The position numbers and the translations under genes are program-made. Below the pieces are notes generated by a model. That model did not search any database. It saw only the letters and a list, made by a program, of their open reading frames with translations, and was not told where the DNA came from. A stretch of DNA of 64,000 nt from Guillardia theta CCMP2712 (Eukaryota > Protista > Cryptophyta). The stretch spans positions 1 to 64,000 of the forward strand of contig NW_005434671.1 in assembly GCF_000315625.1 (NCBI RefSeq), in the 5' to 3' direction. Positions 22,999 to 35,479 of this stretch are shown here, piece after piece. Each line of letters begins with the position of its first letter. The stretch's first letter is position 1.

Positions 22999-25367
22999 AT
23001 GTCGGAACGAAGCAAGGGCCGGAGGAAGGAGCAAGGGAAAGGACGAGAGAAGACAAGAGGGAGGGATCAAGCGAAGGATCAGGCAGAAGCAAGTATGAAC
23101 GAGATGAAAGACTGTGAGAAGGAGCCCAAGGCGATGGCACAAGCAAGCCCAGAGGATGAAAGCACGCGTGCAGACTGCGGCCAACACAGTGGAACTCTCA
23201 CTATTGACCCTAGTGGAGGTTGCAAGGAGGATAAGATGGAGCGTGAATCTATCCAAGAACTCTCAGGAACGGTCTGTTCCTTCGACAGAAGCATTGAAGA
23301 AGGTCAGATTCGGACAGATGATGGTGTCACATATAACTTCAAAATATCATCTTTTGTTGATCCAAGCCAGATATTTGAAGTCAATCAGGTCTTTACTCGC
23401 AAATTTTCTTTCAGAATAATCGTGCTGATATTGAACGTATAGCGCATTCGATTCCATGTACGCCAGAGCGACAACCAAGTCATGGACTTAATGTTGCTCA
23501 CCACAACTGGCGGCCAGCAACTGGAAACCTCGTCCGATGAAGGTTCTTTCCCTATGCTGAGTCAAGCTGTTTCTGACCCCTCCCTTTATCTAAGCCAAGT
23601 GTCACTCCCAAGGAGAAAATGTAGGAGGTGAACGGCTTCTTCGAGACGATGCAGAATGCTTCTTGGCCGATTACACAAAGGCTGGATCTGCAGGGCCCGG
23701 AAATAGCTTGAAATTCAAGCACTACAATGCAGTGAAGAAAGCAAAGATCTCTCGGGCACTGGTGGAGGTTGATCCTGATGTGCAGCTGAGGGTACGGAAA
23801 GAGCCTTCGGTGGATGCTGAGGAAATAATGTCAATCGGGGCGGATGATGTCGTCGAGGTTGTCGGGGAGTGCGGCAACTTTCTGAGGTTGTCCGGAGACG
23901 AGGAGAGATGGATTCTCTACCAGCAGGACGACATTATTCTCATAGATTTTCTCTTGTCGAGTTGGTCATGGGGTGGTAGCTGGGGATTTGGAAACAAAGC
24001 AAGTACCATTGAGGTTGATAGCATGGATGAAGAAAAGCATGAGAATTCCGAGAAGGATTCTTCGCAGAGTTGGAATTTCTCAGGTTGGACCAAGACTGTG
24101 GCATCTTATGCTCCTGTGGCGAGTGCGCTTGGAACTGTATCAGCAGTAAGCAAGAACATACTCGCAGCAGGCAATGATGATAAAACACAACCTGAAGTCC
24201 ATACAAGTGATAGTGAGGGTCCAGACCTTGCTGATTCGATCACGGGTGAATTTGATCTTTTGATCTTGTTTTTTTCTTACTCTTCCATTGTTTTAGCAAA
24301 GGTCGAACAGAGTTTCGACAAACCGATGGAGTTGGAACAGGGAGGGCTGACGTCGGTGCGGGTTGTTTCGCAGGGCATCTCAATGATAGAAGGGACACTC
24401 GGGTGGCTGGGGAGTACGGCAAAGGAGAAGGCCAAAGCAGTCTCAGAGTCCATCAACAGTGACGACTTGATGGATAAGGCTTGGTCTGGTGTCGCCTCGG
24501 GGGTCAAGGCGTCTTCCAACGCTGTCTCCAGTGCTTCAGAACTTGCTTCTCGCACAACGAACGCAGTTGTCAACAGTGAAACTATTAGCAAGGTTGGGCG
24601 GTTTGGTAAGGATACTTTTGCAAACGTCAGCAACACGGTCATGTCTGCAGCGGGGTCTGTGCTGGTGAACAGCAAGGATAATGATGCCTCTCATCCCAAC
24701 CGCTCGCTTGGCGGAGTTTTATCTATCGAACTAAGTGGATGCGTGATACAACGAGATCCGCACGTCGACGATGAAGATGAGGACCCGTTCATGTCAGACG
24801 ATTACAACACGACACCCATGACATCTGGTGCGCTTCAATCTATAAGCAAACTTGTGCAAGAGCGGTTCACAGACAGGGTATAACTTGGATTGTCCGGAGT
24901 TGCCTTCATTCCTAATCTCACTCAAAGGTGTATCTTATCTGCGTAGCTGCTCCAGCTGTTCAAGCCCGCGTTCTTCGCTGGTTGTCATCAAGGAACTTCT
25001 ACGAAAGCACAGGAACCTCAAGAGGTACTTCCCTTTCTTGCAATCTTTTCCACTCACACTTGCATGCCAAGAACAAGTACATTTTTGCAGAGAGTGGGAT
25101 GAGAAAGCCGATCTGTGCAAAGAGCTTGGCGTGACGTTTGCAATCGAAGCTAGCGTCACTGGCGCTGGGATTCTGGAAAGCGTGGTAGAGAACGTCTTGC
25201 TGTTTGGGGATGGCTATGAAGTAAGCGAGGCCATCAAACCTTGCGAGGAAGGGGCAGAAGAAAAGCAGTCCGACGCATGGTGGGAGTCTCTTTGTAGCCG
25301 CCTGCTCCCGCTCGAGGCTGCAAGCAAGACTCCGGAGGAGCCCGAGACAAGTAAAGAGGATTCATAA
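22999..25367 (+). CDS. Multi-exon hypothetical protein with cold-shock-like and SH3b-like segments
   Basis: GTVCSFDRSIEEGQIRTDDGVTYNF; LRVRKEPSVDAEEIMSIGADDVVEVVGECGNFLRL..RWI. Start codon uncertain. Confidence 0.5.
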
Positions 25368-25430
25368 ACCTTGATACCAACAGCAGCCATAACCACACGA
25401 ACATCTCGTTGCACTTTGCAGCCAGCAATG

Positions 25431-26468
25431 CTAGCTGACATTCAATGTCCTCATCTCTTCGGCTTGCAGCTGGTCTAGGCGTTTACTTTGCCTGATGAGC
25501 TTGGATTCGTAGTTTTTCACCATCCTGGACATCTTTTGCCTTGTCTCCAACAGTTCATTTTCAAGGCGAGGAATCTTACTTTCTGCCTCGCCGTATCTGA
25601 ACTCAGCAGCCTTGGCAGCAGCGATCAATCTCTGTTTAAGATCTAGGATGTACTCTGCATCAGATTTTGCTTTGCGCTCCAATGAAGAAATCCTGTTCCG
25701 AAGAGATTGAACTTCCTGCTTGGATAAATCACGAGCGATTTCCTTGACTTTCATCATAGCTGAGTTGTATTTACTGGAAAAAGTATCTTGAGCAAACCCG
25801 TTCTTGATCCTTGCCTGATGAGCCTGCTTCAGAGTGGAATATCGTTCTTTCAAGAGCTCGTTCTGCTGCTTTAGAGGAGCTATGATGCGTTGGGTCTCTT
25901 TCAACTGTTGCTCCCTATCTCTCTCTCTCGCGCGGTTGATCTCTCGCTGCAACTTGTGCTGCCGGTTCCGAGTTCTCATCTCGATGGCGTCGAGAGACCG
26001 TTGTGAAGCCTTGAGAGTCTCGTCGAGCTCTGCGATGATTCTATCTTTAGCCCTGATCTCTTGAAGCAGCTTTTTCTTTGTGACTTCTTCGTCTTTGCTA
26101 AACACATTGGTATGATCCCACTCTAAACCGGAGTCCAAGATGTAAGATTCTCCTTCCTCGGTCTCTTTCATCACAGTTGCCCACGGCCCTTTGGATCTCA
26201 GAACTCCTGGAACCCACAGCAGCGGGGAAACGAGAGAACGCGTTCCTTTTCTTGGAACTTCGATTTCATCTTCGACAAACGACACCTTTCTTCGGATGGC
26301 CTTGAAATCATTCGCATCTTTCAAGATGTTCGACGACAGCGGCGGGGGGACCATGAGCTGTTTGGAAACGTTTTCTGTAACCTGATTAGCTGTTTCTTCT
26401 CTTTCCTTCCTGAAGTTTTGGATATCGGGAGGGTGTTCCCTGTAATGATGTAAAAGTGTGGAGGTCAT
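25431..26468 (-). CDS. Coiled-coil hypothetical protein
   Basis: 345-aa ORF with heptad-rich C-terminal half. It may splice at its 3' end (GTCAGC at the ORF end). Confidence 0.65.
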   Translation of the reverse strand: MTSTLLHHYREHPPDIQNFRKEREETANQVTENVSKQLMVPPPLSSNILKDANDFKAIRRKVSFVEDEIEVPRKGTRSLVSPLLWVPGVLRSKGPWATVMKETEEGESYILDSGLEWDHTNVFSKDEEVTKKKLLQEIRAKDRIIAELDETLKASQRSLDAIEMRTRNRQHKLQREINRARERDREQQLKETQRIIAPLKQQNELLKERYSTLKQAHQARIKNGFAQDTFSSKYNSAMMKVKEIARDLSKQEVQSLRNRISSLERKAKSDAEYILDLKQRLIAAAKAAEFRYGEAESKIPRLENELLETRQKMSRMVKNYESKLIRQSKRLDQLQAEEMRTLNVS

Positions 26469-26661
26469 GTAACACAGATCCGAACGATCAAATCAGTTAG
26501 CCATCGGAGTTTGACTCCTGCAAGCTCCAAACGTCTGCCAGTCGCCTCCTCCTTCACACCGATGATATCGGATCTTCGAGCCTCTCGCCCTCGTCTGTGG
26601 AGCTCACGGAGTGCTTCAATGGTAGCATGGGCCGACCGGGACTCGATCACTGCGGCACTCT

Positions 26662-26704
26662 CCTGATTGTCCTCGTACTGATTTTAACTTAACTTTGAGT
26701 AAAA
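26662..26704. repeat. Dispersed intergenic motif CCTGATTGTCCTCGTACTGATTTTAACTTAACTTTGAGTAAAA
   Basis: Related copies at 39232-39269, 39274-39321, and inverted at 39401-39417, 45932-45985, 58195-58235. Confidence 0.8.
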
Positions 26705-28590
26705 AAGAGTGGCAGCGGCCCGACCCAGTAGAGTAGCAGGCCGCGGCTGGTGACCGGCGGACGCCCGACTCGCTCCCCGCCGGGCCCGGCATAGCGGCTG
26801 CCAATCCAGTCAGCAGTTTAAAATTGAAGCACGTGGCTCAGGTTCCGTGATCACCAAAGCCTATCACGAGTCCTTACAGCAGACCACGGCCAGAGGCAGA
26901 AGTAGAGCACAAAGACGACAAGCGGTAATATCCTTCAGTGCCTTTGACAAAGTTCTATGTTTCACACTGAGGCGAGGGCGTGATGAGCGGAAGTTTCTTT
27001 CCGTGTCCCTTTCAAATTAAGTAAATTGTTGTCGTACCGGAGAACGTCCGATACATACCCTGAAAGTCCCGGGATAATGTAGGGGTCCTTGAGGTCTCCG
27101 ACAAATATTGGACTGGAGGGTACTTCATCCGGTCTATTATGTGGGTAGGGGTAGTCGCAAGAGGGCGCCGAATCCTTTCTTGGCGTATAGTAAAGATTGA
27201 GCAGCCGGAAGCTCATTCGAAAAGAGAATATTTCGAATTACATTACAACACACAAGTTGTCCCCTTCTGATCATATAGTTGAAGTCGAATCCTCTCACGA
27301 GGAACCTCCGCATCTACACCCACTGCCGTCGTCATGGGGTTCTTCAGTGATCGTGGACAATCTTTATCCTTCTTTTCCTCTAGTTTGAACAAGCTTACCT
27401 TTGGTTCGGGAAAGCAGAATGAGCGAACTCTGCATGCCAAAAGAAAGTGCTCTTTGAATCCTGTGGCAGTCACCGAAGAGACAAAGCAAAAAGTACAAGA
27501 ATTGAACGAGGAGCGAGAGACCAAGCACGGATGTCCATCACGCCTGAAACAGTTGATATCGCTTGCCAAGTCGATCAGGATCATCAAGAGAAAGACCACA
27601 GTGTACAGTGCTCGAGGAGAGGCCATGTCTTGGGAATCAGATACAGCTGCAAGCAAGCAACAAGGGTGAATCTGTCCTGCTCAAGATGATGATATTTTTG
27701 TTCACTTATGTCTGTAAATTATTCCTGCATTGATCTCACTATTTCTGATAAAACATTGTGCGTTCATTTCAAACATTCAGTTTTGAACACTCTGCAAGGA
27801 ACCATCGTCCGTTGAATTCCATGCCCTAGTGCAGCTTTCTACTAAGGACAGTGCAGATGTGTTTGATCTTTTGCAAATAAACAACATCATACTACAGGGC
27901 GTAGGTGCAGTCAGAACATCTACACCTTACAGGATCGTCGAGCGCTGACCAAGGATCTCGTACCTACAACAGCTTGCGAAAATAGAGTGAAGATCCCTTG
28001 TCTGGAACCGATTGATAAGAATCTGTCCAGGCGCAAACTTCGAGTTGCTTGCGTGTTGAGCCAGACTTGTTATTTCATGCATGCAACGAATTGATATTCA
28101 CATGATCTGCCAGCCATTGGATCAATTACTTTGTTCGCATTTCCATCATTCAAGTTCGGTTTTTTGAGTTTACTTCCGAGTTCGAAGTAGTCTCCATGCT
28201 GTCTCAATGATGTTCTACTCTAAGCGCTTACCGCCTTACCGTCGGGACTGTTGACTGACTGAGCCTCAGTCTCGGTCAGGGGTGACCGTACCATGTGCAC
28301 GGCAGTGCAGTCACAACGCCGCTTCCGAGTCAGGCCCCAGTTGGAGTCTCATCATCGACGTGCGGCAGTGCGGTTGCCACCGACCCAGTAGTACTACGGT
28401 ACACAGCCTGTAGTGCGCCTGATCGAGTACGGTCTTACTATATGTCAGAACGCCGCCGTCGCCGGACGATGCCGCTGGCTGGCCCGGGCCACACTTGATG
28501 GCGGACTCCGGGAGTCCGACCGGACCGTCCGGTCGTGCAAGAAGTAACGGAATGGAACTTTATAACGGATTCACACGCATAAAAGGAGCA

Positions 28591-29982
28591 ATGCAGTGCG
28601 TTCAGTCAGGTCGAGGGTGTTGGGCCCTGGCGATGTTGGTGATCGCCACCTTGATGTCTTCTCCTCTATCCGTTGGTGCCTTTTCTATGACTTCCCTGCC
28701 CATATCCGGTCTCAAGGGCGGCGCAAGGACAGGAACATTGCGCCTCCAATGTGCTACGACTGCTGGATCAGTGTCGGAGGTGAAGCGAGACATCTTACAG
28801 ATCGCAGCAGCAACGGACAGAGGTCAGAGGCTCAACCAGCTCGTAGCTCCTGTCTACCAAGAGTCTCGTGGAAAGATTGCCAAGCTGATCGACGAGTTAA
28901 CAAAGGTGACATGGAATTCTCTTGAAAGTTTCCATGTGAGACAATCCACAGAACGAGTGTGAGATCAGCGAAAAGACTCTTTCTGGAGAATGGGAGCTTG
29001 TTTACAGCGACGTGGAGCTGTTTCGAAGCAGTCCTTTCTTCCTAGCGATCGAGCAGGCTCTCGACACTTCTCCTGGCATTCCGACTCTCGGCAAGTGGCT
29101 CGGTGAGTCGAGGGTGGTTGTGTACCTGTGCTCAAGACATGTACAGGAATAACGGACCCAACGAAGAAGTCGGTTAGCAGAGAAGCTGGATGATGCAAAG
29201 TTGCTGCTGACTACAATCAACCATGACAGGCCATGTTCTTCAAGCTGCATCAGCTTCAAGTAACGTTTCCCTGAGGATACTTTTGCCCTTATCTGAGCTC
29301 AGGTCATGTCCTGGGGGGCGAGCACTGTGGGAAGAGTGTCACAGAATCTAGATTTTGAGAAGCAGGCAAGAGCATGGAGGAAGGAGGAAGAAGCTTTTTG
29401 CTGACGTCATCATGGCAGGAGTTGGAGTCTGCCTTCGACACCATCATCTTCGGGTTGACGGTGATCCCCATCATTGGGTTGTCGAGACTTATTCTATGTC
29501 TTGCTTCTGACTCTCGTCTCAGATGGTTCAAACTCCTCCCTACCTTCGGCGGCCGCGTCGTCACACTCGCTGACAAACTTCAGCTCGAGGGATCAACGCT
29601 GGTTGCCTCAAGTCCCTCGTACATGCGATACTCACCCCGCAGGAAAGACCATGGAGCTGCAGAAAACTGAAGTTCGGACGTGCCCTGGCGTGAACCGACT
29701 GCCCCTATTTGCTGACTTCTTCATGGATAGGTAAGAAGAGGCTCTGCTGAGGATTTGCTGAGCTGTGTGCAGGTGGTATCCTGTCAACTCGGTGTGGAAG
29801 CTATTGCCGTGGAACGGGGGTCCCTTCAACGGACGAGCTCCGAGTTGCAAGGCAAGCAGTGAGAAGGAGGAGGGAGGGCGCGTGAAATGCTTTTGCAGAT
29901 GGAAGTGGTGTATGTGGATCAGGACCTGAGAGTCTCTCGGGACTTGAGCGGCGCGCACTTTGTTTACACTCGTCCACAATGA
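28591..29982 (+). CDS. Plastid-targeted PAP/fibrillin family protein, multi-exon
   Basis: Signal peptide ending VGA|F (bipartite leader). Motifs VKRDILQIAAATDRG, LSGEWELVYS, and C-terminal VYVDQDLRVSRDLSGAHFVYTR. Confidence 0.85.
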
Positions 29983-30090
29983 AAAAGAGAAGACACGAAT
30001 TAGACCCGCATCTGTCCGACCTTTGACAGAACCTGCTTATTGTTCTTGTTCAAATGATCCTGCAACCAGTCAGAACGATCATCACTGAGA

Positions 30091-32257
30091 TCACATTATG
30101 CTTACTAGGCTGAGGTCAAGCGGAGGACAGACAGCCTCGTTCATCGGCTTGAACATTGCAAGCACCTGATAGCACCGCATTTACCCTCCTGCTTAGCAAC
30201 TGCACATTCACTTCACCTCCTCCTGTGAAGGCTGCGGCTGCCATGACGGTTTTCCGTCCTTGTCAGTTTCGAATGCTCGCACCTGCCTTCACTTTAACCA
30301 GCGGAAAGCGAACACGAACCAGTGCTTACCCCCTCCTTGAAGTCTTGCCACTTGCGATGAACAAGTCGCCACTATGTACGAAGCTTCAGATTTGAAGGGG
30401 GCAAAGTGATGTCAACCTCTGTTCTCAAACATTCCTCAAGTTCGCAAGATGCTCCTCGTCGGAACAGTTCGAAGGTGACATGAAGAGCAGTCGGAGACAT
30501 GAGCTGCAGACGTTCAAGCGTCCTGGTCCATGTCAGTTAAGATGGACTTGAATTGAAATTCTCACGATTGAGCCCATGGAGTGCGTTCCTGTTGTAATGC
30601 TTCCAATATCTCTGCCACGGATTGCTGTCCGAAGCATCTGCAGGCTCAGTCAGACAGGCCTCTTGCTTCTCATCCTCGTGCCGATCGATCGCTTCTTGGT
30701 TCTCCTCGAGGTGCGTAGGCTCAGTGACACCCGGCATGGAATATCTGGTGAGAGTCAGCCCTCGCTTCTGAGCGCAACTTCACGTCACCGAGCGTAGTAG
30801 GAGGGAGGAGAATCAAATGTTTTGGGAAGGCAAGTCAACTCTTTGGTGCTCTCGAAACTGACGTAACGTTGGTGAGAATCAACCTCCTTGATTCTCTCTC
30901 ACCTGGCCGAATGGTCGGCAACAATCGCATCCACCTGCTCCGAAGAGACGTCCGCAGGCTGTCCGATGGCTCGGTAAGCATGGTACACGTGCATCGAAGA
31001 CGAAAGTCACCGAGTTGATCAGAGCTTTCAGGCATTTGTCCAATCGATTCCTCGGCACAAAATGTGAAGCAGCTCCTAACGACGGGCAGTAAGATGTCTA
31101 CCCAGCACGATACCAGCTGTATCACCAGCATAGAGCGCATCAGCTCCGTTGATCCGAGCTCCAGTCAAAGCGAGGTACAAGCCGATATGTCCCTTGAGGC
31201 GAGGGAGGTAAAAACTGCAGCCATTGCCGGGCGACATACCAAGAAAGTGCGCATGCTAGGAGCAAGTGATTGTCACGCACAGACAGAGACGAGGATGCAT
31301 AACCTGAAAAGACAAGACAGTTCGACTTGTCGCTATTCTCATATGCCCCTTCCCCGACTGTCACGTGCCCGGGTGAGCGGATCAGCAAGTTGCCCTTCAG
31401 GTTCTGACCTGCGACGTGTGGGCGAGTGCCAGGGCCGCACCAGCTCCGATGCAGTGCCCGTCCATCAATGCCAGCCTCTTCTTGCTGCTCTTCGCTATGA
31501 TCCATCCAAGTTGATACTGCACATGCTGGGGATCCAGCTGACCAGCACTCGTGAGTTGAGGCGAGCTCGCTATCTTGTGCTTCACCTCATGAGGACGATT
31601 GTCCCTGTTCATCGCCAACGCTCTGACGTCTAGCCCCATGCAGAAACTCTCTTCTCCTCCTTTGAAGATTGTAAACTTTTCGTACCAGTTGCAATCAGAC
31701 AACTGACAGCCAGAAAAGTAAGTCAGTGGGGATAGACTACCAAGAAAAATGCATACCTGGATGATATCCTTCAAGCTTCGTAAAGCCTCTTCGGACAATG
31801 TACCTCTTCTGTTCTTGAAACTGAAGACCTTGCAATTGTGATAACAATCTACCTGGAATCAAATGTGAACACCCAAGTCAATCGTGTAGATGAGAACCAT
31901 TATTTCACCCTTGTCGACCTGCCCGAGGAAGTCTTTAGATCTCAAAGGGTCCTTCAAGCTCTGTGACAGTCTTTGTGCCAAGGTCTTAGTACCATGTCCT
32001 GCCACCTACGATGCGTCAGCGGCGGGATCAGGCATGTTTCCACAAGAAACCGTAGGTGCGGCCGACTCCTCGTTATGTGCCGAACTGGACTGGTCTTGCT
32101 GTGCTTTCAACTTCTTGAGCTGCTCCTCAAAGCTTCTGGTCTTCCTCCCCGTATCGACTCCAAGTTTCGACGACAAGCGCTTGCGAGGCATGGAGAATGG
32201 GTTTGTCATCCAGCGCGTCCTACCCGCAAACGTATAGCTCTTGAGTACCGGACACAT
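30091..32257 (-). CDS. 3-hydroxyisobutyryl-CoA hydrolase-like (crotonase fold) protein, apparently non-catalytic
   Basis: SFCMGLDVR; LALMDGHCIGAG; FYLPRLKGHIGLYLALTGARINGADALYAG; DFKEGVRAFETDKDGKPSW. Confidence 0.8.
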
Positions 32258-32370
32258 CTACACGAGGACAAGAGTAAGACAGTTGTTTCAGCAAAAGATT
32301 TCATCTCATCGCATGCTTCGATCACTGCACTCTGTTGCCCTCAACTAAATCTTCACCTGGCCGCTACAAT

Positions 32371-35030
32371 CTAGTGCCTCCTGACTTGCCGATGCTCGGG
32401 GAAATGTTCATGACCGAAGGGGACGGAAGACTGGCACTTGTTGTTCCGCATCCTCTGAGCTGCTACTCGGCTCTACCAACAGAGGAATGCAATGTACTGA
32501 CATCTCGCCATGGTGCCATCGAACGTCTGCTGCTTCGCTCATTGCCCGGAACCTCTCGCATCACGCCCTTTCCCCCTCCAGGTCAACAAGCATGTTCTTG
32601 CAATTCCCCCACCGTTGGGGAACCGTTACATGGTATTCGGGAGGAACTTGCAACTTCAACCTTCAGCCAGTATGAGGCCCCCGCCTGCCTTTCATCGTCT
32701 GCGTGCTCGTCTGTTTCGACAGTATCCAGCTCGCATGGGGCTTGCCGTCCTCCTCGCTCGCGCAGGGCAGACATTTACTCACAAGTCGAAATCAGAGTAG
32801 CCTATGCTGACATTTACACACAAGTCGAAATCAGAGTAGCCTATGCTGACATTTACACACAAGTCGAAATCAGAGTAGCCTATGCTGACATTTACACACA
32901 AGTCGAAATCAGAGTAGCCTATGCTGACATTTACACAAGAGTCGAAATCAGAGTAGCCTATGCTGACATTTACACAAGAGTCGAAATCAGAGTAGCCTAT
33001 GCTGACATTTACACACAAGTCGAAATCAGAGTAGCCTATGCTGACATTTACACACAAGTCGAAATCAGAGTAGCCTATGCTGACATTTACACACAAGTCG
33101 AAATCAGAGTAGCCTATGCTGACATTTACACACAAGTCGAAATCAGAGCAGCCTATGCTGACATTTACACACAAGTCGAAATCAGAGTAGCCTATGCTGA
33201 CATTTACACACAAGTCGAAATCAGAGTAGCCTATGCTGACATTTACACACAAGTCGAAATCAGAGTAGCCTATGCTGACATTTACACACAAGTCGAAATC
33301 AGAGTAGCCTATGCTGACATTTACACACAAGTCGAAATCAGAGTAGCCTATGCTGACATTTACACACAAGTCGAAATCAGAGTAGCCTATGCTGACATTT
33401 ACACACAAGTCGAAATCAGAGCAGCCTATGCTGACTGAGCTACGAGGTGAGCCGGAGAGGAAGACCCAGAGCGAAGAGAGAAGGGGAGATGAGAGAGTCA
33501 AGTATCATGAGTCAAACTCTGATACCCACGCTTGAGGAAGATATCGTTCCTGCGTGCCTCCTCCAGTGAGTCTGAGCGGCGCTTTGTTCTTGCCTTTTTC
33601 CTGTGGTCGATCTCTCTGCTGTCTCTGCCCTTCCTCGTCGCCTGTCTCCATGATCTCCGACATCTCATCTGGACTCGTGCGGTTCTGATGTCGTCCTGAA
33701 GAAGCAGTACGCAAGGAGTGTCTTCTGCTGAAGTCGAAGACAGCTTTGGCTCCCCGTGCAAGCTTGTCTCGCGTCCAGGTCACGGAGTTCTGTCTCACTC
33801 TCCTCACCCCCAGCATCTGCATCTGCTCCCTCTGCCGCTGCCGCTGCTGCAAGAATCCCAGCAGGCCCCCCATCTCCCGGTTGTTAGTCTTCTCGTCCCC
33901 GCTGAATTGGGGAGGAGGCGGAGCTGGATGGGTCGCGATCTGCGTGTCCTGCTCCTGCTGCGCTAGCTCAACTCTGTCGTGCAGGGGCTCTACATTTCCT
34001 TCCTCGACATTGTCAGCCCCCTACCAACCTCTTGTCAACATCTCAAGCCTCGTCGCAGCTTCCACCTGGTTCGTCGTCGTGCCTTTCTGCATGGCCTCGA
34101 AGAACTCCATGACGACTCTGTCCCCTCGGAACTGCATCAGCACCTCCTGACGCGTTCTCATGTTACTCTCTTGCCGCTTCATTCCACATGTTCAGCTGAC
34201 CTTAGGAACTTTGGCGCCATTCTGCAGCAGCAATCCAGCCATGGCCAGGTCCTTCTTCCTCATCGCGATCTCGAGCGCGAAGAAAGCTCGGCTGCGACAT
34301 GGTCATTGTCGTTCTCCTTTAGCTCCTGCTTACCGTTTCCTGACCTGCACGGTCGTTCCCTTCCTCTTCCCATCGACTTGCACGATGTCAACCCGATTGT
34401 TCGCCCAGGCTCCTCGACCTTCCCCGTCAAGTCAGGCAGGGCTCACTGAATGCTCTCGCTCACTTGACGCATAGTCAGGAGACGCGCCCAAAGCCAATGC
34501 GGCACGAGCAGCGACCAGGTTGCCTGTGAATACAGCCATGCACAGAGCTTCGCCCGTTTCGTGACAGCCTGCCAACATGTTATCACTTGGAGCTCACAAA
34601 GACTTCAGACCGATAGAATGCTCTAGAAGATCCTGTTAAGCGCAAGCCCATCAGATGAAAGTGCAGTGTCATACTTCTACTACTTGCCTGAAGTAAGATA
34701 TAGTTGAAGGAGCTCCTGATGAGATTGAAAAAGGAGAGAAGAATTGAGCTTATCAAAATCGTACCACCTAGACATGTTTTGCAATCAGCGTTGGCACTTG
34801 TTTGTACTTTTTAGATCACTTAGACCATCCAGTTCGTACGCAGGTATCGTTTGCCAAGCTCGCAATTGGATGAGTGATTGTGGAAAACTTTGAAAGAGGG
34901 AGCAGAAGAACGAAAGTACTAGGGAGTTCACAGATATTCCTTCTCGCATGAATTTCGCAAAGTCTTGAAAGTTCTGGTGACAAATTCCAAATCTGAAAGC
35001 TATCTCAAGGGAAGTGAGGAACAAGTATGT
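32371..35030 (-). CDS. Multi-exon ankyrin-repeat-containing hypothetical protein (boundaries approximate)
   Basis: Manual translation gives ALCMAVFTGNLVAARAALALGASPD (about 34470-34550) and ALEIAMRKKDLAMAGLLLQNGAKV (about 34205-34280). Confidence 0.45.
32767..33435. repeat. Minisatellite, 17 x 39 bp GCTGACATTTACACACAAGTCGAAATCAGAGTAGCCTAT
   Basis: Near-perfect head-to-tail units with no spacers. Confidence 0.97.
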
Positions 35031-35479
35031 AGCTCACGGAGCAAGGGGGCAAGAAAGGATAGCGAAAAGCTCTAGTAGAGTTCCACTGTCCCCACTGTCA
35101 GCTCTTGGATCACGATCTTCACCGCAGTCAAAGACCTGTGTGCCACGTCGTCGAGAAATTCAAGTCTCTCATGCTCGTCAATGCTCATCATGTCTGCTAA
35201 CGATGCGCCATGGCAGAACCCGAACTTGTCAATATCAAGCGCTCCGAACCCTGAGGACAGATGTAAAAACACCTTTCCTCCCATCGAGGTTCCCACCTGC
35301 AGTGAAGGCGGCGACTGAAGGACCGATGACCGGGAGCCACAGGAGCATTCCTCTTCCAACTGAGAGCGGAGCAGACACCTACTCCGAGTCATATCATAGT
35401 CATATCAGGTGTTGAGTCATATCATAGTCATATCAGGTGTTGGGTAGGAGGCGTACCTTCGAGGCCCACCACCAGTAGG

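Noticed and set aside
27243-28200. Gene on either strand
   Set aside because: Intron-like signals exist but I could not build a consistent frame or recognise a domain.
32767-33435. CRISPR array or repeat-protein CDS (ORFs 32335-33438 + and 32779-33501 -)
   Set aside because: No unique spacers, no cas genes, and a eukaryotic context. The open frames follow from a stop-free 39-bp unit.
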